Source: a virus | Direction: 5' to 3' (one strand) | Length of the DNA: 38,776 nt | Virus record (IMG/VR): IMGVR_UViG_3300018984_000002 | Span: 1 to 38,776 of that record | Made by a program: the position numbers and the translations under genes | Notes under the pieces: generated by a model | Told to the model about the DNA's origin: nothing | The model's input: the letters and a program-made list of their open reading frames with translations, nothing else | Databases searched by the model: none | Shown here: in pieces, positions 17,715 through 26,930 of the stretch | Layout: every line of letters begins with the position of its first letter | Numbering within the stretch: position 1 is the first letter of the stretch

Positions 17715-20700
17715 ATGCCTGTTTATAATTTAGAAACTACTTTCCCACCAGAAACTAAGACTAAAAATATACTAAAAGAATTAGATGGTATTACAGATAG
17801 TTTTACTGGTAGTCTTGTTAATCAAATAAATAAACTATTACTACACCACATTACCAGTAATAGTACTAAGACTTGGGACGACGCTTTAGCTGGTTTAGAT
17901 AGTAAAAAATTAAAGCCACTAATATATAACCACATTAGTCAGCTCTGGCAGAGTAGTTGGAGTGTAGGTAGTCTTCATGGTAGAAAAGATATTCTGTCCA
18001 TCTACAAGAAAAACAAAGTTAAACGGTTTAATGAACAACTAAATTTAGCTACTTTCGCTACACAAAACAACGATGGTTTAATTGGGCGTTTAAGTAAACA
18101 AATTGAAAATGCAATAAAAGGTCAACAAGAAGTTGGCAAAAAACAAGAAGACTTAGATAGCAGTATTTCTAAATTACAACAAGGTATTAATAATCCCACT
18201 AAATACGCTAAAAATAATATTAATCGTGACAGAAGTTTTAGTCCTGAAGAACAAGAAACTATTAGAAATACTTTATCTAATAGATTAACTGAATTAAATG
18301 CTGAGAAACTAGCGTTAAATAAACAATCGAAAGCACTTAAACAACAAGAAGAATTTGCACGTTATCAGTTAACTAAAGCTGCCAATAATCAGCCGCTTAC
18401 TAATACACAACAACCAACTGTACTTAGTCAAGAAGAAATACAACAACTAAGGAGAGACAAAAAACAGCGACAGCTACTACAAAAAAATGAAAGACAAAGT
18501 ACCAAAGAATTAGAACGTCAACAACAATTACTTATCCCATTAGAAAGTAATAAATCTTTGGCATCCCAAGTTACAAAAGATATTCGTAACCGTAGAATAC
18601 TAGAATCGCAACGTAACAGAGATGTAAGTAATCAATTAAAAGTACCAATTAGTTTAAAAGACGAAACTGAGTTTGGTAAATACTTAGATAAAAGGTATGA
18701 ATATATTGCAAAAAAACTAAGTGACGATGTTAGTGAATCAACTAAACAAAATATACAAAGTTTAATTGGAAATACTAAAAATAAAATTGCCACCTATTTA
18801 TCGAGTACTGAGCAGAAGAGAGAGCGTAATTTGTTACAAGCTTTAAGTCCACTGTATCCAGACTATGGTGCTGAAGCAAGGAAGATTATTAAAGAAAAGA
18901 AAGATAGTCTGTTAACTAAAAAAGAAATACAAGCCCAGCAAGAGATTATTAATAATACTTTTAACCCGCGAGAAAAACGTGCGTTGCAAGAAAAACTAGA
19001 CAGAGATTTGTCTCAAGGTATTACATTAAGTCAAGACCAAGCAAGACGATTAGGTCTTACCAGCAACAAAATAAGCCAAAGAGATCTAGAACAACTATCT
19101 AAAAAGAAATCTGTTTTGCCGCGCATAAAACGTACAGCATTAACAGAGTTGTCAGCAGCTTACAACTATGGACGCTTTGCACACTACGAAGCAGACGGCA
19201 TAGAACTAGTGCGTTGGGTAGTTAGCGTTGAACACTTACGTATGGAAAGACAAACTAAGAAGCCATACAGTGGGCAAGGAGTGGTGTGTGAAATGTGTGT
19301 GGGTATGGCAGATAGGGATACAGGATATGGTCAAGGGGTGTATGATACCTTATTATTTCGGACTGACCGGATGATACCTCCACCAATTCACCCTAACTGT
19401 AATTGTTATCTCGAACCTGTTGAAGGTAAAAGAAATAAAGGTTTATTATCAGGTGGACAATTGGCTAGTGCAGCAATTCTGGGAGGTGTGGCGTTAGCTA
19501 GTATTGGTTTACTAAATAGAATGTTTAATCGTACTCGACCTAGTGTAGCTAGAGCAGCTTTAAATGACTTACTAGAAGATGTTCCTAGATCTGTACTACA
19601 AGAACTTACTGTTCCTACCCAAAATCTTTATAATGTATTGACTGTTAAACATAAAGAAAACTTAAATATACAACTACAAGCTCCAAGTCCCACTTCACAA
19701 CCTATACGTTTATCTAATGAAGAAGATATACTAACCGCTAATCGTGTAATAGAAGATTTAGAAAAACCTATTGTTAATGCTAAGTCAAAATATAGTATTG
19801 GGCAAACAATTAAAGGTCGTAATAATCGTGTATTAACTGAAGGACAACGTGCATTAGGAAATGACATTCAGACTATAAACAAAGCACAACAGTTAATCAG
19901 GGAGTCCGAAAATAAAAGAGCATTATTCAAGGAAAGGTTTCAAGCGGCAGAAGGTAATGTGCAATTACAAAATCAACTACTAAATCAATACAGTAAATAC
20001 ATTAGCGATTTAAACAAAACTATTAACAGTTTGGATATTAGTCAAATTAAATTAGTTAATGCTTACAACAGTGCAAATAATGCACTAGAAGAAACCAAAC
20101 AAACAATGCAAAGATACAGAGCTGTAGATGCTTTGTCACCGGGTTTAGTAAATGCAGATGATTTAGTTAATAATACTAATTCTGTTAAAGTACTTAATAA
20201 TCAAAGTAATAGACTTTATAACAACATAAATAATACACAACAACAACGTAATGAATTTAGAGATACTTTATTAAATACTAAAAACAGTTTAATAAATGAC
20301 ACTAGTATGTCACAGTTGTATCTTCAGAATAAATCAAAAGAATTGAACTATCTAAATGAAATACTTACAGATAATTTAGGTCGTAGTACATTAGAAACTA
20401 ATTTATCTATTGCAGAAGAATATATAAATGTAGTGCGTCAAAGAGTAGTAAATCAGGCGGCGACTAACCCCAGAGATTACACCAAAAGTTTAGCGGATTT
20501 AGAAAATGCAGTAGAGCAACTAAATTTAGTGCGTAGTAGTACAGATAGTTTTAATTTAGATATGGAACTACTGGATCGTGCAGCTAATAACCCAACTGCA
20601 AATATAAACGGTGTTAGTAGTAATCCTAATCAGCAAATAGCCCAAGTAGTAAAAGCGAAGCTCGATAGATTGTCTCAACTAGAAGTAGAAAGTAATAATC

Positions 20701-21005
20701 TGCAAGTACAACTAAAACAGTTAAAAGAGAATAGTCCTAAAGCAAAAGACCAAATATCTATCAATCCAAGACAATTAAATAAAGAAGTACTGTTAAACAA
20801 TATTACACGGCAGATGGGTAGTTTGGCTTACGAGCAACAAAGCTTAAATCCTACTAACCCTAGGTACAATGAAATTAGTAATTTAATTAATGAACTTAAT
20901 GTGCAAAAGAATCAAATAGATAATGCTTATTTCAAACGTGTATTAAATACAGAGTTAATTCAAATAAAACAACCTAAGAAAAGGATTACGGTAAATGGCA
21001 GATAA
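17715..21005 (+). CDS. Mu gpF/SPP1 gp7-like minor head protein with long coiled-coil extensions
   Basis: RTALTELSAAYNYGR...VRW...VCEMC...PPIHPNCNC signature, then a TM-like segment and Q/N-rich coiled coils. Confidence 0.8.
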   Translation: MPVYNLETTFPPETKTKNILKELDGITDSFTGSLVNQINKLLLHHITSNSTKTWDDALAGLDSKKLKPLIYNHISQLWQSSWSVGSLHGRKDILSIYKKNKVKRFNEQLNLATFATQNNDGLIGRLSKQIENAIKGQQEVGKKQEDLDSSISKLQQGINNPTKYAKNNINRDRSFSPEEQETIRNTLSNRLTELNAEKLALNKQSKALKQQEEFARYQLTKAANNQPLTNTQQPTVLSQEEIQQLRRDKKQRQLLQKNERQSTKELERQQQLLIPLESNKSLASQVTKDIRNRRILESQRNRDVSNQLKVPISLKDETEFGKYLDKRYEYIAKKLSDDVSESTKQNIQSLIGNTKNKIATYLSSTEQKRERNLLQALSPLYPDYGAEARKIIKEKKDSLLTKKEIQAQQEIINNTFNPREKRALQEKLDRDLSQGITLSQDQARRLGLTSNKISQRDLEQLSKKKSVLPRIKRTALTELSAAYNYGRFAHYEADGIELVRWVVSVEHLRMERQTKKPYSGQGVVCEMCVGMADRDTGYGQGVYDTLLFRTDRMIPPPIHPNCNCYLEPVEGKRNKGLLSGGQLASAAILGGVALASIGLLNRMFNRTRPSVARAALNDLLEDVPRSVLQELTVPTQNLYNVLTVKHKENLNIQLQAPSPTSQPIRLSNEEDILTANRVIEDLEKPIVNAKSKYSIGQTIKGRNNRVLTEGQRALGNDIQTINKAQQLIRESENKRALFKERFQAAEGNVQLQNQLLNQYSKYISDLNKTINSLDISQIKLVNAYNSANNALEETKQTMQRYRAVDALSPGLVNADDLVNNTNSVKVLNNQSNRLYNNINNTQQQRNEFRDTLLNTKNSLINDTSMSQLYLQNKSKELNYLNEILTDNLGRSTLETNLSIAEEYINVVRQRVVNQAATNPRDYTKSLADLENAVEQLNLVRSSTDSFNLDMELLDRAANNPTANINGVSSNPNQQIAQVVKAKLDRLSQLEVESNNLQVQLKQLKENSPKAKDQISINPRQLNKEVLLNNITRQMGSLAYEQQSLNPTNPRYNEISNLINELNVQKNQIDNAYFKRVLNTELIQIKQPKKRITVNGR

Positions 21006-22596
21006 AACAGTAAAAGTAAAATCTTCAGTACGTAAAGGAAAGATTGTTAAAGGATACAACCGTAGTAAAGGTAAAAATACTAGAGCTAGTTTAGTAGGTT
21101 TGTCTACATTAGCTGGAGCTGCTGGTGGTTTTGTAGCAGGTAGTAAAGTAGGCGCTAGTCATCCATTAATTGGCGGACTAATGGGCACTATAGGTGGTAC
21201 TATTGCAGGGACTGTTGCCGCAAACAAATTATCCAGTACTTTGTTTTTAGATAAAGAACAAAAGAAACAAAAAAAACAACAATTAAACAAAATACAATCT
21301 ACGCAGATTAAAGCTCAAGGATTTAAAGACCCTATACAACAAGCAGCTAAAAGTGGAATCAATCAAGCTATCTTGGGAGGTACTATAGCTGGGGGTATCT
21401 CTTTAACTTTGTCAGATAAAAAATCAGGAGGTTATTTAAGAAGCTTAGTAGGTGGAGGAGATAAAAAGAAAATAGTCACTTTTGAACCTACTTTTGGAGG
21501 ATACGAAGCTACAACAGTTTTGGCTCCAGATCTAAAAAATATGGACAATAAACTGTACTCTAAAATGGGTGGAAAATTAGATGCAGATTTAAACAAAAAG
21601 TCTATTCCTGTTTACGAAAAGCCTCATTCAAAAACACTTCCAAAAATTGCAGACAATATAGATAGTTTTGTAAATCAAAATAATCTTAAGCGAGGAGATA
21701 TATACCAGTTAGACCCTCAAGGATTAAACAAAAGATTTGCTAATAAGTATTTAGCAAAAGTAGCAATTAAAGCACGTAAAGCAGCTGTTGTAGGAGCGGT
21801 TGGTTTAGGAACATACAGTGCTATTAAAACTTACTTAAAAACAAAAGATAATAACAAAAAATATAAGCTAGAAAGAAAATTTAATAAAGTAACTATCCCC
21901 AATCATTTAGCTGAATTCAGTACAAAGCGTGTTACTGTTAAATCTTCTATTCGTAAAGGAAAAATAGTTAAAGGATATGACAGAAATCAACGTTCTAGAG
22001 TAAACGGAGTAATAGATGTAGGTGCTGCAACTATAGGAACAGGATTAGCTTATAAAGGAATAAAGTCTTATTTAAATACAACTACAGAGCTGGCTAATAA
22101 ACCTTACACAGATTCTTTAAGACAACAAAAAAATTACTTTAATGAACCTACTGTAGTAAGCAATAAAGCTAATGCGATTAAAGATAACTACAAAAACAAA
22201 GGATTACAACAATTAAATGAATACAAACGTAAATTAGATAATGCAAAAAATATTACAGATGTAATTGATCCAGGGACAATTAAACCAAATAGTAAAATAA
22301 GTAGTTTAGCTATTCGAGATACACAAAACACTTTAACTGATGAAGTTAAAGATAGTTTGTTACGACAGAAAGTAAAAACAGTAGCCAGTGAACAAGGTAG
22401 ACGCGCCAAAGTAGCTGTTAAATTAGAACAATTAGCTAGTGATAAATATATTAAAAATATGGGTAAGATACCGAAAATCAGTAATAAAGTTACAGCTATA
22501 GGTTTAGCAGGACTAATTGGTACAACCGTAGGTATAGGAGCTGTTAACAGTGTTAGGAAAGTAATAAATAATCGTCGCAGTAGAAAAAATAAATGA
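20995..22596 (+). CDS. basic Gly-zipper protein, two VKSSxRKGK modules
   Basis: VKVKSSVRKGKIVKGYNR at the N-terminus, and again after LAEF-S; several Gly-rich hydrophobic helices. Confidence 0.8.
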   Translation: MADKTVKVKSSVRKGKIVKGYNRSKGKNTRASLVGLSTLAGAAGGFVAGSKVGASHPLIGGLMGTIGGTIAGTVAANKLSSTLFLDKEQKKQKKQQLNKIQSTQIKAQGFKDPIQQAAKSGINQAILGGTIAGGISLTLSDKKSGGYLRSLVGGGDKKKIVTFEPTFGGYEATTVLAPDLKNMDNKLYSKMGGKLDADLNKKSIPVYEKPHSKTLPKIADNIDSFVNQNNLKRGDIYQLDPQGLNKRFANKYLAKVAIKARKAAVVGAVGLGTYSAIKTYLKTKDNNKKYKLERKFNKVTIPNHLAEFSTKRVTVKSSIRKGKIVKGYDRNQRSRVNGVIDVGAATIGTGLAYKGIKSYLNTTTELANKPYTDSLRQQKNYFNEPTVVSNKANAIKDNYKNKGLQQLNEYKRKLDNAKNITDVIDPGTIKPNSKISSLAIRDTQNTLTDEVKDSLLRQKVKTVASEQGRRAKVAVKLEQLASDKYIKNMGKIPKISNKVTAIGLAGLIGTTVGIGAVNSVRKVINNRRSRKNK

Positions 22597-22994
22597 AAAC
22601 CCTATTTATTTCGGACATAGATATATTATTTTCTAGACCTAAAGGAAGCAAAGACAAAACCCCTCGTAAAAAAAGAATCGGGTTAGGTTCAGTGTTGGCA
22701 GGCAGTGCAGTTGCAGGTGGAACTAGAGGTGCTTTGGTTGCACATTTAAAAATGAGAAAAGGATTTAATTTAGTCTTAGCTAATAATGAAGATAATTTTA
22801 AAAAAGCTATTAAGTCAGGAAATCCTCACGCAAATATAATTTATCCAAGTAAAGCCAAATTAAAACAAATTTACATCAAGAAGTTAAGCGGTAGAGCGGG
22901 AAAAAGTGCATTAACTAGTGCAGTATTATCTGGGGCAGGTTACGGAGCATACAACTTAATATCTAAGCATTTAGATAAGAAAAAAACAGAATGA
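22593..22994 (+). CDS. basic Gly-zipper protein, leader family
   Basis: MKTLFISDIDILF-SRPKGSKDKTPRKKR (AT-hook-like). Confidence 0.8.
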   Translation: MKTLFISDIDILFSRPKGSKDKTPRKKRIGLGSVLAGSAVAGGTRGALVAHLKMRKGFNLVLANNEDNFKKAIKSGNPHANIIYPSKAKLKQIYIKKLSGRAGKSALTSAVLSGAGYGAYNLISKHLDKKKTE

Positions 22995-24199
22995 AAACAT
23001 TATTTATTTCAGATATAAACACCAATTTCGCGAGAGAAATAAAAGTTAAATCAAGTATACGCAAAGGAAAGGTTGTTAAAGCACATATTCGTAAAGGAAA
23101 AGATAAGAGATTAATTAGCAATGCCCAAGTTGCTGCTATAGGTAGCTCGGCTTTACTTGGTTTAGGGTTAGGTACTTACGGGATTTTAAAGGCAAGATAT
23201 AACTTAAATATAAAAATATCTGCCAAAGAAGCTTTAGAATTATCTAAAAAAATAAAACCTGCTCAATTATCTACAGCAGAGCTTAATCGTCCGAATATAA
23301 ATTATGCGGTTGCTGGGCTTAATTATGGTGCAGAAGCAAAAAGTAGTAGTCAGCTATCTAAATACATCCACAGCAAAGTAAAGGGACATACTATTGCTAT
23401 TGATACTAGAAGTATGAATAACCTTCCAGATACTCCACCTGGAAATAGTGCTAGACAACTATTTGACTTAACAACAACTGCGGCTAAAAAAGGCATTTTA
23501 AAAGGCTATAATCCAACAGCTAGAGAATTAGCGGCAACTGTCAAAGCCAATATGGATATGTATCCTGATAAAATACAAACTTTGCATGGACACAGTTCTG
23601 GGGGATACGTAACTAATGAAGCTATGCATATCCTAAAACAAATGGGTGTAGACACTAACAAATTAAAACAAGTAACTTATGGGGCAAATAGCCATGGTAT
23701 TTTACCACCAGCTAAAAATTCGCTACACATACTAGATAAAAACGATTGGCAAGCAGGACCATTTAAGTTTCCAGGTGCTGTAATTATTAATAAAAATAAT
23801 AAAAAGAAACCCGGTAAATTTGTGGATAGATATATGTCTGACCACGGAGCTTACCACTACTTATCTAATGATGAAAGTAATAAACTAGTTAAAGACTTTG
23901 TTATTCCTAAAGATTACGTAGCACCTAAACTAATTACAGTAAAACCTAAACCCACAGTAACTGTAAATAGTGAAAAACCTTTAGCAAATGAAATACAGCA
24001 AATAAAGCAAAGTGGTAAGAATCTAAAAGAAATCAAAGCTAAATACGATAAGGCAGCTAGTAACACCAATATCCCAGAAGACAAAAAAGAAGCAGCATTA
24101 AAATCTGCCAAAAAGAAACTAGTTAATGCACAAAATATTTATAACAATAGTAAAAAAGCTGTAAAAGATAAAGTAGATGCAAACCGCAAATCCAAATAA
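22991..24199 (+). CDS. leader-family protein carrying an alpha/beta-hydrolase-like domain
   Basis: MKTLFISDINTNF-AREIKVKSSIRKGK; TM; nucleophile elbow GHSSGG; candidate Asp (DKND) and His (DHG). Confidence 0.7.
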   Translation: MKTLFISDINTNFAREIKVKSSIRKGKVVKAHIRKGKDKRLISNAQVAAIGSSALLGLGLGTYGILKARYNLNIKISAKEALELSKKIKPAQLSTAELNRPNINYAVAGLNYGAEAKSSSQLSKYIHSKVKGHTIAIDTRSMNNLPDTPPGNSARQLFDLTTTAAKKGILKGYNPTARELAATVKANMDMYPDKIQTLHGHSSGGYVTNEAMHILKQMGVDTNKLKQVTYGANSHGILPPAKNSLHILDKNDWQAGPFKFPGAVIINKNNKKKPGKFVDRYMSDHGAYHYLSNDESNKLVKDFVIPKDYVAPKLITVKPKPTVTVNSEKPLANEIQQIKQSGKNLKEIKAKYDKAASNTNIPEDKKEAALKSAKKKLVNAQNIYNNSKKAVKDKVDANRKSK

Positions 24200-24204
24200 T
24201 AAAA

Positions 24205-24433
24205 TTAGTGTATGTATTTAGCTATTGTTGTATTTGTTATTTGCACTATTTGGGTGACACCCAACTTAAGACTATTATTTTCGGACTCCTAAAACATATT
24301 GGCTATAAACATTAGGGTATTTATCTTTAATTTGTTTTGCTAAACCATCTCCCATTACACCTTTTAAATTAACTTGATGTGCAATTAAGCCTTTTGTTAT
24401 GTCTAATAAATCTCCATTTATAACATTAAGCAT
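24205..24433 (-). pseudogene. macrodomain (ADP-ribose-processing) gene remnant
   Basis: MLNVINGDLLDITKGLIAHQVNLKGVMGDGLAKQIKDKYPNVY is a macrodomain N-terminus; stop at 24275, with a macrodomain-like continuation LKLGVTQIVQ in a shifted frame. Confidence 0.75.
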
Positions 24434-24678
24434 TATCTATCTTTACCTTCATCATCAAAGTTACTTAAAAAATACATAGGACTTACATTTAACAACTTAC
24501 TGAAATAAATAAGATTATCTATAGTCAAATTACGTTTACCTGTTTCTAGTAAACTTAAACCACCTTGGTTATACCCAGATATTCTGCTAAATTCTCCCTG
24601 AGAATAACCACATTTCTCTCTGGCTTTTTTAAGCTTAATTCCCACTCTTTTGTTTAAGCTTATTTGTTTTTTATACAT
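24433..24678 (-). CDS. XRE-family HTH transcriptional regulator
   Basis: LKKAREKCGYSQGEFSRISGYNQGGLSLLETGKRNLTIDNL is an HTH_3 pattern. Confidence 0.9.
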   Translation of the reverse strand: MYKKQISLNKRVGIKLKKAREKCGYSQGEFSRISGYNQGGLSLLETGKRNLTIDNLIYFSKLLNVSPMYFLSNFDDEGKDR

Positions 24679-24751
24679 TGCAGCAAGTAATTAAGTATCC
24701 TTATTTTAATATATCTGTGTTTAGTATTTAGGATATATAGTGAATTAAATT

Positions 24752-26011
24752 ATGACTACACGCACAAGTAAAAAAAGAAATATTAATAATACAGTGCCAG
24801 TCACACATTTTGAGGCACAACCATTATCTGCCGAATTTAAGGAAGCAGATGGACATATTCAGACTAGTGCGTTGATATTAGTCGAAGGCGAACATATTGA
24901 CAGTAAACAACGTAAGCATATTTTCTCAGCAGAGAGAATTCAAAAAATAGCAGACAATACAAATCGCTTACTACAAATGGGTACACGAGTACCTTTTTTA
25001 GCTGATCATATTAAGGCTCAAGACAAAACTTATGGTGATTTAGATGGCTCTATCGAAACTCGTGTAATTACACCAGAAGATATTGGAGATTCTAGATACA
25101 ATCATTTAGTAGGAAAATTTGGTGCTTTTGCTAATCAAATAACAATTAAATCCCGGCAAGCCATAGAACAGTACAGAGATAAGCTACTATCAACTATTAG
25201 TCCTGGTATAGATATTGTTTCGGACTGTATTAGAGAAATTAGTGCAACAAGTACACCAGCAATTGTTGGTCTAAGACTATTTAAAGGTCATGATGCTGGA
25301 TTAGCTACATTTGCTTTATCGTTTGACGAACTAGAAAATAGTGACGATCAAGTAGATCAAGTAAAACAGCAATACGACGAACTTACTGAGGATTTGTGGT
25401 TGGTTTTGGCAAGTATTCTTACTGCAACTGACGAAGCACTAAATGGTCAAGATCAAAGTCAATTAATGGAAAAAGCATTAGATGATTTTGAAACTCGACT
25501 GTTAGAAGTATTAGGTGTACAACCTGAAGACGAAGAATCGGAGCAACAACCTACAACACCAGCTCAAGAAGACACCAAAGCTCAACAAAGTGCTGGTATG
25601 CCAAGGACACTATCTCAACGTGGTAGTCAGGCACAATACAGTCTGCCAGAATCAAACCAAGTATTAGCAGCTTTTACTTTGGATGAGATGGAAAAGTTGG
25701 CTGAGTTTGGTATAGGAAGTGCATTTAAAACAGCACGGGCAGCTTTAGGAGGTGCTGCTAAAAAAGTAGCTACTGAAGCTAGCAAAACTAAAAATATGTC
25801 TAAATTAGGTTTTGGTATTTCCAAAGCCAAAGCCTCTCTGTCAGGAAAAGGTAGACTGAAATCTAATCTAGCTGGTATTGGTGGTGCGGCTAAAGCGGCT
25901 TATGGTACTACTGGTGGTAAAATTGCTGCTGGTGGTTTAGGTGTAGCCGCAGTAGGAGGAACAGCCATGGGAGTAAATAAACTACGTAAACCCAAAAGAC
26001 CCAAATTTTAA
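24752..26011 (+). CDS. putative prohead protease with an acidic linker and a basic Gly-rich C-terminal module
   Basis: Position upstream of scaffold and capsid; VPFLADH...ISPGI...EISATSTPAI resembles Mu gpI/HK97-type head proteases. Confidence 0.65.
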   Translation: MTTRTSKKRNINNTVPVTHFEAQPLSAEFKEADGHIQTSALILVEGEHIDSKQRKHIFSAERIQKIADNTNRLLQMGTRVPFLADHIKAQDKTYGDLDGSIETRVITPEDIGDSRYNHLVGKFGAFANQITIKSRQAIEQYRDKLLSTISPGIDIVSDCIREISATSTPAIVGLRLFKGHDAGLATFALSFDELENSDDQVDQVKQQYDELTEDLWLVLASILTATDEALNGQDQSQLMEKALDDFETRLLEVLGVQPEDEESEQQPTTPAQEDTKAQQSAGMPRTLSQRGSQAQYSLPESNQVLAAFTLDEMEKLAEFGIGSAFKTARAALGGAAKKVATEASKTKNMSKLGFGISKAKASLSGKGRLKSNLAGIGGAAKAAYGTTGGKIAAGGLGVAAVGGTAMGVNKLRKPKRPKF

Positions 26012-26035
26012 TTTACAAAATAAAGGATAAATAGT

Positions 26036-26626
26036 ATGTCAAAGTCAGTTGTTGCAGCATTTAGTATGTCGGATTTAGAAAGCCTTAATGGTTATTCTCA
26101 TCTGGCTAACTTTGCTCGTAAAAAAGGTAGCAAAGATAAAAAGAAAAGAATGAGTAAAGGGGGCATTGCTGCTGGTTTAGCCGGAGCGGGTGCTTTAGGT
26201 GCTGCTGGAGCTAGATATGGTGGAGGTGCTGCTGCTAAAGTTTATGGTGGATTAAGAAAAGGTGGTGTAGGTCGTAAAGAAGCTGCCAAATCTGCTCGTG
26301 ATGTAGGAGCATTTGTTGGTAAAAACAGATTAAATCAAGATGTGTCAGCTTTAAAAAATATGCCCAGACAAGTGGGTAAAGCTGGTGGACGTTTACTTGA
26401 CTCATTAAAAAGAGCCGGAGGTGCGGCTAAGTCCGGTTTACAAACTCCAACAGGAGCAGGTGGAACTAATGCAGGTAAGCTACGTGAACCACTAAACCGT
26501 TTAGGTAATGCTGCCAAAGGTGGATTAAGTACTAAAGGTGGCAAACTTGGAGCTGGTTTATTAGCTGCTGCTGCTGTAGGTGGAGCTGGTGCTGCCGCAT
26601 TACGTAGCCGTAAAAAAAGGAAATAA
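26036..26626 (+). CDS. basic Gly/Ala-rich protein, leader family
   Basis: VVAAFSMSDLESL...LANF-ARKKGSKDKKKR; Gly zippers at both ends. Confidence 0.8.
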   Translation: MSKSVVAAFSMSDLESLNGYSHLANFARKKGSKDKKKRMSKGGIAAGLAGAGALGAAGARYGGGAAAKVYGGLRKGGVGRKEAAKSARDVGAFVGKNRLNQDVSALKNMPRQVGKAGGRLLDSLKRAGGAAKSGLQTPTGAGGTNAGKLREPLNRLGNAAKGGLSTKGGKLGAGLLAAAAVGGAGAAALRSRKKRK

Positions 26627-26629
26627 CTA

Positions 26630-26917
26630 ATGTTACTAAGTGAAGCTACTTTTGCCACATCAACTTTAGGTATTACCAAACCCCGCAAAAAGAAACTAGT
26701 TGGGTTAGGAAGTGCTGCTACTAGTGGTGCTATTTCTGGAGGTGGAACTGGTGCTTTGGTTGGGCTACTAGCTAAACATAGTAATAGTGGTTTTCAACGT
26801 AATGCTGCAGCAGCAGGAGCAGCAATAGGAGCTGGTATGAGTATAGCTAAAAAGCTTAAATCTACTAAACCTAAGACACCCAAAATACCCAAACCCAAGA
26901 AAACAAAAACAATATAA
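26630..26917 (+). CDS. basic Gly-zipper protein, leader family (short leader)
   Basis: MLLSEATF-ATS...KPRKKK; Gly/Ala helices; KP-rich tail. Confidence 0.7.
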   Translation: MLLSEATFATSTLGITKPRKKKLVGLGSAATSGAISGGGTGALVGLLAKHSNSGFQRNAAAAGAAIGAGMSIAKKLKSTKPKTPKIPKPKKTKTI

Positions 26918-26930
26918 GGAATCAAAGATT

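Noticed and set aside
24433-24678. XRE gene as evidence for a prophage/lysogeny module
   Set aside because: No integrase, att site, divergent cro or host genes in the window; lifestyle cannot be determined
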